From: an uncultured bacterium
GTDB taxonomy: Bacteria > Chloroflexota > UBA5177 > JANWHV01
Assembly: GCA_963729625.1 (NCBI GenBank)
Contig: CAVSOU010000008.1
Coordinates: 288,001-352,000 of the forward strand
DNA length: 64,000 nucleotides
Reading direction: 5' to 3'
Shown: positions 1-8,178 of the stretch, one piece after another
Layout: each line of letters starts with the position of its first letter
Position numbering within the stretch: the first letter of the stretch is position 1
Translations under genes and position numbers: made by a program
The notes under the pieces: generated by a model
What the model was told of the DNA's origin: nothing
The model's database searches: none
What the model saw: only the letters and a program-made list of their open reading frames with translations

Positions 1-245
1 CCGCCGCTCGCGAACCCCAGGTACGCGGCGATGCGATCGGCAGTCCATCCCTGCCGCCGCAGCGCCGCCGCCTCATCCAGCCGTTTGCCACGCCAGTTGT
101 CCTGCCTGCCGTCCCAGATCTGCCTGCCGATCGTGGCGCGGCTGAACCCCAGCCGCCTGCCGATCTCGCCGTGGGTAAACCCCTGCCGCCGCAGCCGCAG
201 GGCCTCACACCGATCGCCGGCAGAAAAGCTCCGCTCCCCTGACAT
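1..245 (-). CDS. Tandem helix-turn-helix protein (runs off the window edge)
   Basis: Read by hand, not in the ORF track. ATG at 245 after a GAGGAG RBS gives MSGERSFSAGDRCEALRLRRQGFTHGEIGRRLGFSRATI...AAALRRQGWTADRIAAYLGF, with two LRRQG-x-T-x3-I-x3-LGF HTH-like repeats. Confidence 0.7.
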   Translation of the reverse strand, partial: MSGERSFSAGDRCEALRLRRQGFTHGEIGRRLGFSRATIGRQIWDGRQDNWRGKRLDEAAALRRQGWTADRIAAYLGFASG

Positions 246-340
246 CCTCACATCTCCTCAGACCACGAGCTCACGCCGGCCGCGCCGGCGGTCCCGGCGC
301 CATCTGCTCCCATCGGCGGCAGCCGGAGGTGCGAAGCACA

Positions 341-383
341 CTCCGGGTACCCGGAGACCCACCAGAGTGGGTGATAGCGGGTG
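341..383. repeat. REP-like palindromic element, copy 1
   Basis: Perfect palindrome CTCCGGGTACCCGGAG (341-356), hairpin ACCCAC-CAGA-GTGGGT (357-372), tail GATAGCGGGTG shared with the 1421 copy. Confidence 0.75.
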
Positions 384-398
384 GCCGCAGCTCCCCCT

Positions 399-1208
399 TC
401 ACGGCGACACCAGCTCCAGCGCGATCAGCTCATAGGTCAGCACGTCGCCTCGCGGCGCGGTGCCGGTGATGAACGCATAGGGCAGGAACATCCAGCCCCG
501 CACGCCCACCCCCAGGCCCCAGCTATTCAGCACCACGAAGTGGCCGGCCGGCACGCCCGGCAGCGCCGCGTCCGCGTAGCCGCCCAGCACCATGTAGTGA
601 CCGCCCAGCAGTTCCTCATCCGGCCCGGGCAGCGGGATGATGCCCGTCCGCAACGTCTCTGGCGCCTCAAAACTGCTCCACACCTCCAGGGCGATGCCCA
701 CGGAATAGCCGTAGGCCAGCGCCTGCTTCACGGCGGTCACATCCTTGGGCACGCTGTACCACTGCAGGAACCTGCGCCGTTCCGCCGCCTTGAGCGCCGC
801 GGACGTCGGCTTCTCGCCGATCAGCACCGTCGGGTAGTAGGGCCAATCCTTCTCCGGGCAGTCCCCGTACACGTTCACGGCCCTGAACACATCCACAGGG
901 TCACGGCCCGTATCGCCCGTGTTTCCCTCCATAAAGCCGGACCAATAGTACGGGAACGAGCGGCTGCGATGGTACGGCACGCCGACGTGCTGGCGGAGCA
1001 GCTCGTACTCCATCTGGCTCGCGGCGCCATTGCAGGTGCAGGTGCCATAGCTGCCCTGGTCGAACGCCGGCAAAAACATATGCCGCAGGTCCACGCTCGC
1101 CGGCAATACGACCCCGGTGTCGTGTTCCACCTGCAGGGTGCGCAGCGGCACGCGGCCCTCGCGCAGACGATAGCCGAGTCCTCGGCCTCCGGGTGTCGCC
1201 AGTGCCAT
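399..1208 (-). CDS. Papain-like C1A cysteine peptidase
   Basis: LPASVDLR, DQGSYGTC (oxyanion Gln, catalytic Cys), GGHYMVLGGY (His), LNSWG (Asn). Start moved to ATG 1208 behind GGAAGAGGAAG. Confidence 0.9.
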   Translation of the reverse strand: MALATPGGRGLGYRLREGRVPLRTLQVEHDTGVVLPASVDLRHMFLPAFDQGSYGTCTCNGAASQMEYELLRQHVGVPYHRSRSFPYYWSGFMEGNTGDTGRDPVDVFRAVNVYGDCPEKDWPYYPTVLIGEKPTSAALKAAERRRFLQWYSVPKDVTAVKQALAYGYSVGIALEVWSSFEAPETLRTGIIPLPGPDEELLGGHYMVLGGYADAALPGVPAGHFVVLNSWGLGVGVRGWMFLPYAFITGTAPRGDVLTYELIALELVSP

Positions 1209-1283
1209 CAATCTTCCTCTTCCACCAGTAGCGGTATGGTCATCGCATCCTCCTCGCCTTCGATATCCCGGCGTGAACGCCGC

Positions 1284-1304
1284 GGGTACCCACAAGAGTG
1301 GGTG
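1284..1304. repeat. REP-like palindromic element, copy 2
   Basis: GGGTACCCACAAGAGTGGGTG, intergenic. Confidence 0.75.
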
Positions 1305-1420
1305 TCCTCACCGATGGCCTAGCGGTGGCCTTCAGGCAGCCTTCGCCTACATGCTTCCTGCGAGTAGTTGCGGTATGCCATGCGGCGCCGGCCCTCCTGC
1401 GACCACAGTCGCCGGGTACC

Positions 1421-1451
1421 GGGTACCCACAAGAGTGGGTGATAGCGGGTG
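1421..1451. repeat. REP-like palindromic element, copy 3
   Basis: GGGTACCCACAAGAGTGGGTGATAGCGGGTG, intergenic; another GGGTACCC at 1494-1501. Confidence 0.75.
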
Positions 1452-1522
1452 ATGCTGCCATCCTTCCGCAGATGGAGGCCTCAAGCATGTAGCGGGTACC
1501 CGGTCCCCGCCGGCGGCGCGCA

Positions 1523-2323
1523 TCACGCCGCCTCCAGGTCGGCCTTGAGCAACCAGCCCGAATAGTGGCTGGTATGGCAATGGATCCAGTGCGGCGTCTG
1601 CAGCCCGTCCAGCCCCACCATCACGCCCGCCGTCAGCAGCACCACCCGGCGGCTCAGATGGTCCGGCGCCTGCTTCAGCGCGCAGTCCACCGTCGTCTTC
1701 AGCCGCGTGGCCGGCCGTCCCAATGCCCGCAACCCGTCCAGACTGCGGGCCAGCTCGTCCCCGTCCACGTCGCCGGTGATGCCCGGCACGCTGAGCGTCC
1801 AGCTGAACTGCGCCAGGGCCACATACGGCCACACGCCGATCGACGCGGGACAGGCCTCCCCCGGGCAGGCCAGCCAGAGCGGGTAGGCGGCCAGCCGCGT
1901 GTCGGTCAGCCGGTGCAGCGCCCAATCCTGATTGCTATACAGCAGTGGCCGGAAGCCCGCCGCCGCCTCGCAGGTGCGCAGGAAGGCCAGGACAAAGGCC
2001 GATTCCTCCGTGCTCCCTTCCGGCGTCTCGAAGTCGCCGGCCGCCAGGTCGCCGGGCAGCCAATCCCCTTGCCCCACCACCGTCTGCACGAAATGCGCCG
2101 CCTGCCCCGCCGCGTCGCCCAGCTCCGGTCGCGTGAAACAGTAGGCGCCGCGCACCAACCCCGCCGCCTTCGCTCCCGCCCAGTTGTACACAAACTGTGG
2201 ATCGCTGACCGACAACCCTTCCGATGCTTTGATCAGGGCAAAGCTAAAGCCATCCTCCTTCACCCGTGGCCAGTCGATCGCGCCCTGCCACAGGCTCACG
2301 TCAATCCCCTTCAGTGCGGGCAT
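1523..2323 (-). CDS. GH25 muramidase/endolysin with C-terminal SH3b-like domain
   Basis: GIDVSLWQGAIDW, IKASEG, GAYCF, DxE motif (GDFE), VPGITGDVDGD; tail ending HWIHCHTSHYSGWLLKADL resembles bacterial SH3. Confidence 0.92.
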   Translation of the reverse strand: MPALKGIDVSLWQGAIDWPRVKEDGFSFALIKASEGLSVSDPQFVYNWAGAKAAGLVRGAYCFTRPELGDAAGQAAHFVQTVVGQGDWLPGDLAAGDFETPEGSTEESAFVLAFLRTCEAAAGFRPLLYSNQDWALHRLTDTRLAAYPLWLACPGEACPASIGVWPYVALAQFSWTLSVPGITGDVDGDELARSLDGLRALGRPATRLKTTVDCALKQAPDHLSRRVVLLTAGVMVGLDGLQTPHWIHCHTSHYSGWLLKADLEAA

Positions 2324-2370
2324 CCTGGCCCACCCCCATCCGTGGTATCTGTGTTTCAGGAACCACCACT

Positions 2371-2691
2371 CTACTCACCGCCGGCCCATCCCGGCCGCTT
2401 GGTGATCAGGCCCGCGCTGTAGACCAGCAACCCCACGATCGGGAATGCCAGCTTATCGGCGATCGTCTCGATCCACTCACGCGCCAGCAGGCTGCTAAAG
2501 CTGATTGCCGACGCCACCAGGTACAGCACGAGTCCCAGCACGACCACGGCCAGCAGCAGTACCAGCGTGTCCACCAGCCCGCGGCCCAGGAACCGCGCCG
2601 CCTCGCCCACTTGCCGTTCCGTTGTCGTCTCCGTCACCGTCGTCGCCGCCGGCTGGCTTGCCGCCGGCTTGAGCATCGTTTGATCCAGCAT
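2371..2691 (-). CDS. Small two-TM membrane protein, holin-like by position
   Basis: Two hydrophobic segments, GGAAGGAG RBS 9 nt before ATG, directly upstream of the endolysin. Confidence 0.6.
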   Translation of the reverse strand: MLDQTMLKPAASQPAATTVTETTTERQVGEAARFLGRGLVDTLVLLLAVVVLGLVLYLVASAISFSSLLAREWIETIADKLAFPIVGLLVYSAGLITKRPGWAGGE

Positions 2692-4186
2692 CCGCGCTCA
2701 CTCCTTCCGCGTCGACACGCCCAATCTCTTCCGCCACGTCCACGTTCTGACCGGTCATGCCGAAGAACAGTCGCATCCCCGTCTCGCGGGAAATCCAGCC
2801 CGCCGCGTTCGCCGCCAGCATGGCGCTCATGATCTGGCTGCCGGCCGTGGCCAGATCCTTGTTGTCGCTCGGCACCAGCTCGGGGAAGATGATCTGGAAG
2901 CTCCGATCCGTGCCGGCGCCCAGCTTGCCCGCCTTGACCGCCTCGTCCAGTGCGCGGTCCAAAATGGCCCGCAGCATCAGGCCAAAGATGTCCTGCCGCC
3001 GCTCGAACTTGCGGAACGTCGGCAACCCCATTTCCGATGCCGTGGCCCGGTTCGTGTTGCCGCCCTCGCCGAGGTAGTGCTCGGGCAAACCGGCCCCCAT
3101 GGCGATCATCATCTTGATCGCCCGGCCGTCCTCCGCCACCTCGTCGGCGTGGATCTGCGGCTGCACCGCTGTCCAGCTCTCGCTCTCGTTATGCACCACG
3201 ATGCTGCCCGGCTCGGGCGCGTAGGCATACTGCATGCGCTTGCGATCGATCGTCTTCGCGTCCGCCCCCGCCAGCTTGATGTCCCAGAGGAAGGCGCCCT
3301 TGTACTTGTTGATGCGCACGCGGTCGGTCAGCCAATCCCGATAGCGGCGCAGCCAGGGCAAGAGTGTGGCCAGGTCGCTCTTGCCGCGCTTGGCGTTGGA
3401 CACCGAGTTGATCTTGAACTGGATCACGTCCTCACCAGCCGTGAACCACTTGCCCGCCATCACCGCGTCACCCGGGTAACTGGCGCCGGTGGGCTCCAGG
3501 GTCGGTGCCGGCGGCTGCACGCCCCCGATCGGAGCCGTGGCGCTCCACATGGCGCCGCCCGGACCGACGGGCCGCTGGTGGAAGCGGATCGTACGCTCGA
3601 TGTTGTCGGGGTCCGTCTCGATCTGGTCGATCAGGCTGGGGTCGATCTGCGCGATCTTCACCGTGCCGTTGAACCTGTTCACGAAGAAGCGGATGAACTG
3701 CTCGCCATAGAGCGAGAGCTCCGTGCAGAGCGAGTACACCCGCGTCGGCATGTGGTTGTCCGGGTCTTCCCAGAAGGCGTCGATGAGCCGCTGCACCTTT
3801 TTGTTCCGGGCCGTCACCGTCACCCCCGTGCCGAGCACGAAGTTCGTCATCAGCTCCACGATGTAGCTGGCGATGGGGTTCGCGTTGAACTGCTCGTAGC
3901 ACTGGTTATGGATTTCCAGGTACGTGCTGGGAATGACGTCCTTCTGGTACCAGTTATCCGAGAGCCGGCGCCAGTAGTAGTCCTCCTCCATGCCGGCACC
4001 CAAGCGGCCCCAGTAGTAGTCTTCCTGCATGGGGAACGTGGCATTCGCCGTCGGGTCCATTTGGCCCTCAATCAGCCGGCGCGATGCCGTGTCGTCAACC
4101 GTTCCGGCCATATTCGCCGCAATCGCGACGCCGAGACGAGTGCGGGGCGCCGCGATCGCATCTTCCTTGGCCCGTCGCGCGCCCAT
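2495..4186 (-). CDS. Phage portal protein
   Basis: Portal-like motifs NPIASYIVELMTNFVLGTGV, LSLYGEQFI, RGKSDL, GLPEHYLG-x3-NTNRATASEM, GWISRET. Start at ATG 4186 after GGGAGG. Confidence 0.85.
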   Translation of the reverse strand: MGARRAKEDAIAAPRTRLGVAIAANMAGTVDDTASRRLIEGQMDPTANATFPMQEDYYWGRLGAGMEEDYYWRRLSDNWYQKDVIPSTYLEIHNQCYEQFNANPIASYIVELMTNFVLGTGVTVTARNKKVQRLIDAFWEDPDNHMPTRVYSLCTELSLYGEQFIRFFVNRFNGTVKIAQIDPSLIDQIETDPDNIERTIRFHQRPVGPGGAMWSATAPIGGVQPPAPTLEPTGASYPGDAVMAGKWFTAGEDVIQFKINSVSNAKRGKSDLATLLPWLRRYRDWLTDRVRINKYKGAFLWDIKLAGADAKTIDRKRMQYAYAPEPGSIVVHNESESWTAVQPQIHADEVAEDGRAIKMMIAMGAGLPEHYLGEGGNTNRATASEMGLPTFRKFERRQDIFGLMLRAILDRALDEAVKAGKLGAGTDRSFQIIFPELVPSDNKDLATAGSQIMSAMLAANAAGWISRETGMRLFFGMTGQNVDVAEEIGRVDAEGVSADAGSNDAQAGGKPAGGDDGDGDDNGTASGRGGAVPGPRAGGHAGTAAGRGRAGTRAVPGGVGNQL

Positions 4187-4201
4187 ATGACCTCCCGTTA
4201 T

Positions 4202-4217
4202 TAGTACGTATGTTCTA
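4202..4217. promoter_or_regulatory. LexA (SOS) box-like operator
   Basis: TAGTAC-GTAT-GTTCTA, one mismatch from TAGAAC-N4-GTTCTA. It lies between the -10 element and the RBS of the portal gene. Confidence 0.7.
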
Positions 4218-4229
4218 TTAATCAAGCCC

Positions 4230-4257
4230 AGCATAGCACGAGAATCATGCTTGTCAA
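4230..4257 (-). promoter_or_regulatory. Sigma70-type promoter of the portal operon
   Basis: TTGACA (4257-4252), 16-nt spacer, TGn-extended TATGCT (4235-4230), in an AT-rich patch. Confidence 0.75.
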
Positions 4258-4550
4258 GGAAAACATTGGGAGGTTCAGTGCCTTAGGGTGTGAAGCGTCG
4301 TTATTTCCGGCCTAATTTGCGCTTTCTTGCAGGCAGTGGATCCGCGTTTGCCGATCGAGCAGATGCCATGGCGATCTGCTCGCACGCCGATACATCGCCG
4401 CGGACCGCGCAGGCGCTGCCTGAGTACTTCTCGAAGTCACTGCCCTCTTGCCTGTATCATCACTGACGGTGATCTGCCGAATGCCGGATCTCTTCACTCG
4501 CCGGGGTGCGCGAGAGCAATCCGTCGAGGTTCTAGCGGAGCGCCGTAACA

Positions 4551-5297
4551 ATGAGTAGCCTGTTCCTGTTTATCTCGAGTTTCCTGGCCTCGGCCGTGGA
4601 AATGGTGGAAGCGCTGACGATCGTCCTTGCCGCCGGTGTCACACGTGGCTGGCGGTCTTCGCTCATCGGCGTGGCGGCGGGCCTCGCGGTGCTGTCCGTG
4701 ATCGTGGCCGTGCTCGGTCCCGCCCTCACCATCATCCCCATCGACGCGCTGCGACTGGTAGTCGGCGCTCTCCTGCTGACGTTTGGCATTCAATGGCTGC
4801 GCAAGGCAATCCTGCGCGCCAGTGGATATAAGCCGCTGCACGACGAAGCGGCGATCTTCGAGCGCCAGCGAGCCGCCGCCCTCGCCTCCAGCCCCGAGAT
4901 ACGCGCTGGACTGGACTGGTACGCCTTCACGCTTTGCTTCAAGGGCGTGCTGCTCGAAGGGCTCGAAGTGGCCTTCATCGTGGTCACGTTCGGGGCAAGC
5001 GCCAACAATATCTGGTTAGCGACAGTCGGCGCCGTGGCCGCCCTGGTCGTCGTGCTGGCCGGCGGCGTCGCCGTCCATGCGCCGCTTAGCCGGGTACCGG
5101 AGAACACGCTCAAGTTCGTCGTCGGCTTGCTGCTCAGCACGTTCGGCACCTTCTGGGCCGCCGAAGGAGCCGGCGCCGACTGGCCCGGGTCCGACGGCGC
5201 TATCCTGGGCATCCTGGCATTCTACGCGCTGGTTTCACTGGCATTCGTTCGCACCCTCGAGCGCCGCCGTGCGCTTCGGCTCAGCGTGGCGGCATAG
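4551..5297 (+). CDS. COG4280/UPF0016-like membrane protein (putative metal transporter)
   Basis: Internal repeat FLASAVEMVEALTIV / FKGVLLEGLEVAFIV; about 7 TM segments. Confidence 0.75.
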   Translation: MSSLFLFISSFLASAVEMVEALTIVLAAGVTRGWRSSLIGVAAGLAVLSVIVAVLGPALTIIPIDALRLVVGALLLTFGIQWLRKAILRASGYKPLHDEAAIFERQRAAALASSPEIRAGLDWYAFTLCFKGVLLEGLEVAFIVVTFGASANNIWLATVGAVAALVVVLAGGVAVHAPLSRVPENTLKFVVGLLLSTFGTFWAAEGAGADWPGSDGAILGILAFYALVSLAFVRTLERRRALRLSVAA

Positions 5298-5307
5298 GGT
5301 AACGCAC

Positions 5308-5508
5308 ATGACCTTCCTGAAGAACTTCGGACTCTTCTGGTACGACTTCATCGTCGGCGACGACTGGACAATCGCCGCGGCCGTCGTAGTCACGCTGGCG
5401 GCGGTAGGGCTCCTGGCGCATCAGCACGTAACCGTCTGGTGGCTCCTTCCCCTCGTCGTTCTCGCCTTCCTTGGCATCAGCCTCAGGCGTGCCACCGACC
5501 ACACCTGA
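5308..5508 (+). CDS. Small membrane protein paired with the COG4280 gene
   Basis: MTFLKNFGLFWYDFIVGDDW followed by two TM segments; starts 10 nt after the upstream stop. Confidence 0.75.
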   Translation: MTFLKNFGLFWYDFIVGDDWTIAAAVVVTLAAVGLLAHQHVTVWWLLPLVVLAFLGISLRRATDHT

Positions 5509-5542
5509 CAGCCTGCCGACCGGTTTGTCGACCACGACTACC

Positions 5543-5588
5543 GCAACGAGAAGGCCCGGCGATTCGGATCGCCGGGCCTTCTCGTTGC
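5543..5588. terminator. Long hairpin between convergent genes
   Basis: 21-bp perfect stem GCAACGAGAAGGCCCGGCGAT, TCGG loop, ATCGCCGGGCCTTCTCGTTGC. Confidence 0.8.
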
Positions 5589-5696
5589 CTGGATAGCGGA
5601 TTCCCGGGGTATCCTGCCCTTCATCCGGCCGCAGCCGGCCTTCGTGGCCTACACGGCCGCAGCCGGCGGTCACTCATGGCCCGCACCGCGGTCCTC

Positions 5697-7274
5697 TTAC
5701 TTCACCGTGTAGGTCGCCTGATAGCCGCCCATGGGCGAGGGATACATCTCTATGTTCGCCGATCCGGCCATCGCCGTCACCTGCAGCTTATACGTGCCGG
5801 ACGGCAGCGCCGACTTGGGTGTCAGCGAGACCTGCGAAGTTCCACCGCTGGTCAGCATGGCTGGTCCCAGCATCTGTGCCGTCCCGCCGCTCGTGGGCGT
5901 GAGATTGATCAGCACCATCGAGCCCGCCGGCAGCGCCGACGCGAACGTCACGGTCACGCTCTGGGTCGGAGAGATCGTGGCCCCTGGAGCCGGTGTGATG
6001 CTCTTGATTGCCGGAATACTACCCTTCGTGAAGACGCCGCCAGGCAACGCGCCCGATGCCGTCCGCGAGAGCGCGGCCGAAGGTTTCTGGTACACCGTGA
6101 CCATGCCCGTGTCGCCTGTGCCATAGGTGGTCTTGATCCCGGCGCTGCAGACCTTCAGATCGACCGGGCCGGACACCGTACCCTGCGTCTGGTCCTCCTC
6201 GACGGTCTTCGAGAGATCACTCTTCGCCGCGTTCGCATTTGCGCACTGGCCGGTGGTGGAACTGGTCGACGGCGTGCCGTCGAACACGAGGTCGGCCGTG
6301 CCCAGTGCTCCGCTGTAGTTCAGCGTCGCCACGTGGCCGCCGCCGGTCGTCAGGGCACTCGCCGGCGCGCCGTTGTCGCTGGCCATCTGCATGACCGACT
6401 GCAGCCCGACCTCGACGTTCATCGACTTCGACTGGCCGACAGTGACGGTGGTCGTCGTGCCCCGCTTCGTGCCTATTACCATCAGCGAAGTCATTGGCTG
6501 CTTGCTGCCACCTGAGGACGCGCTCGGCAAGCCGCTCAGGTACTTGATCGCGCTGACGGACGCGTAGTAGACGACCGTGTCCTGAGACTCGCTGACGTTC
6601 GAGACATACTCGCTGTCCAGATTGGCAGTGCCGCTGACGGTCACGCCCGTGGCTCCGTCGCACGGATACGGCAGGTCGATGGTCGCCGTGGCAGTGGCCT
6701 GCACTTCAGTCAATTTGCTTGCCTTCGTACCATGACACGGATCGGCCGCGATGGTGATCGGCTTGGACGACAGGTACGTCCAGTCGATCACGATGTGATT
6801 CTTGATCGTGTTCTTCGGAACGCTCTTGTCGTACAAGATCGTCCCGGTATCCAGCACCGCGTAATAGGGGAGCGCGCTGCTGATCTTCGTCTGGCCCTTC
6901 GGCGCTATCGTCAGCACCGGCGCCGACGACGGCACACGGAAGCTATAGCTGCCTGTGCTCGAGTAGCCAGCATTCGACGTGCTGACAACCAGATCTACGG
7001 GCTCGTGCTTACCATTGCTCACGTCGTCCGTCGTGTCCGCTTCCTTTGAGACGTACAGGTATACGTGGCCGACAACCGTTTTGTTCTTGTCGACGACGTC
7101 GCCTTGCAGATGGGTGCTAAACGCCTTCGTCATGTCGAGCTGGGCCGCCGCCCCGGCCAGCACGACCCTGCTGCCGGCCTGAGACGCCAGCGCGGTCGTG
7201 TGCATGGGCACCGCCATGCTCGCGGCAGTCAGCAGCGCCAGCGCGCCTACGCGAAGAGATCCGAGCCTAGTCAT
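5697..7274 (-). CDS. Secreted Ser/Thr-rich protein with C-terminal Ig-like (Big_5/CopC-like) domain
   Basis: Signal peptide; beta-rich body with four Cys plus one; tail SITPAPGATIS...VTVTFASALP...LPSGTYKLQV; AAAGGA RBS. Confidence 0.8.
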   Translation of the reverse strand: MTRLGSLRVGALALLTAASMAVPMHTTALASQAGSRVVLAGAAAQLDMTKAFSTHLQGDVVDKNKTVVGHVYLYVSKEADTTDDVSNGKHEPVDLVVSTSNAGYSSTGSYSFRVPSSAPVLTIAPKGQTKISSALPYYAVLDTGTILYDKSVPKNTIKNHIVIDWTYLSSKPITIAADPCHGTKASKLTEVQATATATIDLPYPCDGATGVTVSGTANLDSEYVSNVSESQDTVVYYASVSAIKYLSGLPSASSGGSKQPMTSLMVIGTKRGTTTTVTVGQSKSMNVEVGLQSVMQMASDNGAPASALTTGGGHVATLNYSGALGTADLVFDGTPSTSSTTGQCANANAAKSDLSKTVEEDQTQGTVSGPVDLKVCSAGIKTTYGTGDTGMVTVYQKPSAALSRTASGALPGGVFTKGSIPAIKSITPAPGATISPTQSVTVTFASALPAGSMVLINLTPTSGGTAQMLGPAMLTSGGTSQVSLTPKSALPSGTYKLQVTAMAGSANIEMYPSPMGGYQATYTVK

Positions 7275-7467
7275 CGAAGCATCCTTTCATCATGAGTGCT
7301 CGCTGAGCAGCATTGGCCTGTGCAGGTTCTGTTCGCGGGATCCCCGGCCCTCCTTTCCGATTCGGGCTGTCTCCGACTGGGTGCTGAATCGCCCGCCCGA
7401 TAACCAGGCGCCTCGATCTCACCGCCCCGGCTCGCCGGCCGTCGTGCGCAGAGGCCGAGTCCGGGCG

Positions 7468-7692
7468 TCACGCATCCGGCTCCTCGCCAGGTTGGTCTCC
7501 GATAACCCGCTCCTCCCCTGCAGCCTCGCTGTCCCGCACTGCCTGTCTCAAGTAGTCGAGCATTGCATCGGGATCGCGGAAGCGGCGCTGCTCCGATTCA
7601 TCCTGCATACACTGCACGCGCCCGGCCCACTGCCGCCCGTTGCAGCCGGTACCCGTCCACACGCGCACGAGATACGAGCGATACTGAGCAAT
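7468..7692 (-). CDS. Small hypothetical protein (SYLVRVW...WAGRVQ...RRFRD type)
   Basis: The frame extends upstream of the GTG at 7668 to give YRSYLVRVW. A strong AAGGAGGG RBS lies 6 nt before an ATT codon at 7692. Confidence 0.6.
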   Translation of the reverse strand: MAQYRSYLVRVWTGTGCNGRQWAGRVQCMQDESEQRRFRDPDAMLDYLRQAVRDSEAAGEERVIGDQPGEEPDA

Positions 7693-8178
7693 GGGCGTCC
7701 CTCCTTCACTTCAACACGCTGTATCGTTGCCGTCACGTCCGCGCCTGCATCTCCCTGCTGTGCATCGGCGTCTGCGACCGCCTCGATACGATCGAGTCCG
7801 GCGCACGGTTCCGGGATCCGCGGGCGGGCGCGGCGCCCGATCTCCCTCGTGCACGTGGCCATCATACTCGGCCGGACTTGCACGCTTCTTGCACGTGTCC
7901 GAGGCGGCGTGCCTCAGGTAAGATGCGCGCATCTTGTGCTATCCTGGCACAATCTTGGGCAACAGGCTGGTTCGGGCCGAATTGGCCGCTTGCGATCGAC
8001 GGTCTACCGGATTTTGCTTGACGCACATAGCTGCACTTCATAGTGAAGCGATCATATCGCGGAGGAATCGGTCTCACGGATGTATTCGCCCGTCTTGCTG
8101 AGCGCGCCAGGATCGTCCCGGCGAGCCAGACTCTATGGGTGCCGGGCACCTGACTAACGAGGTGTGCTCTGCTGTTGG

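Noticed and set aside
341-1501. CRISPR array made of the GGGTACCCACAAGAGTGGGTG repeats
   Set aside because: Spacing is irregular (137 nt and over 900 nt, with a gene in between) and no cas genes are present.
1-4260. Complete prophage
   Set aside because: No integrase, terminase, capsid or tail gene is visible; the sequence left of the window is unknown.
4260-4550. yybP-ykoY (Mn) riboswitch upstream of the COG4280 gene
   Set aside because: Only a generic hairpin (GAGCAGAT...ATCTGCTC) is seen; the conserved riboswitch motifs were not recognised.
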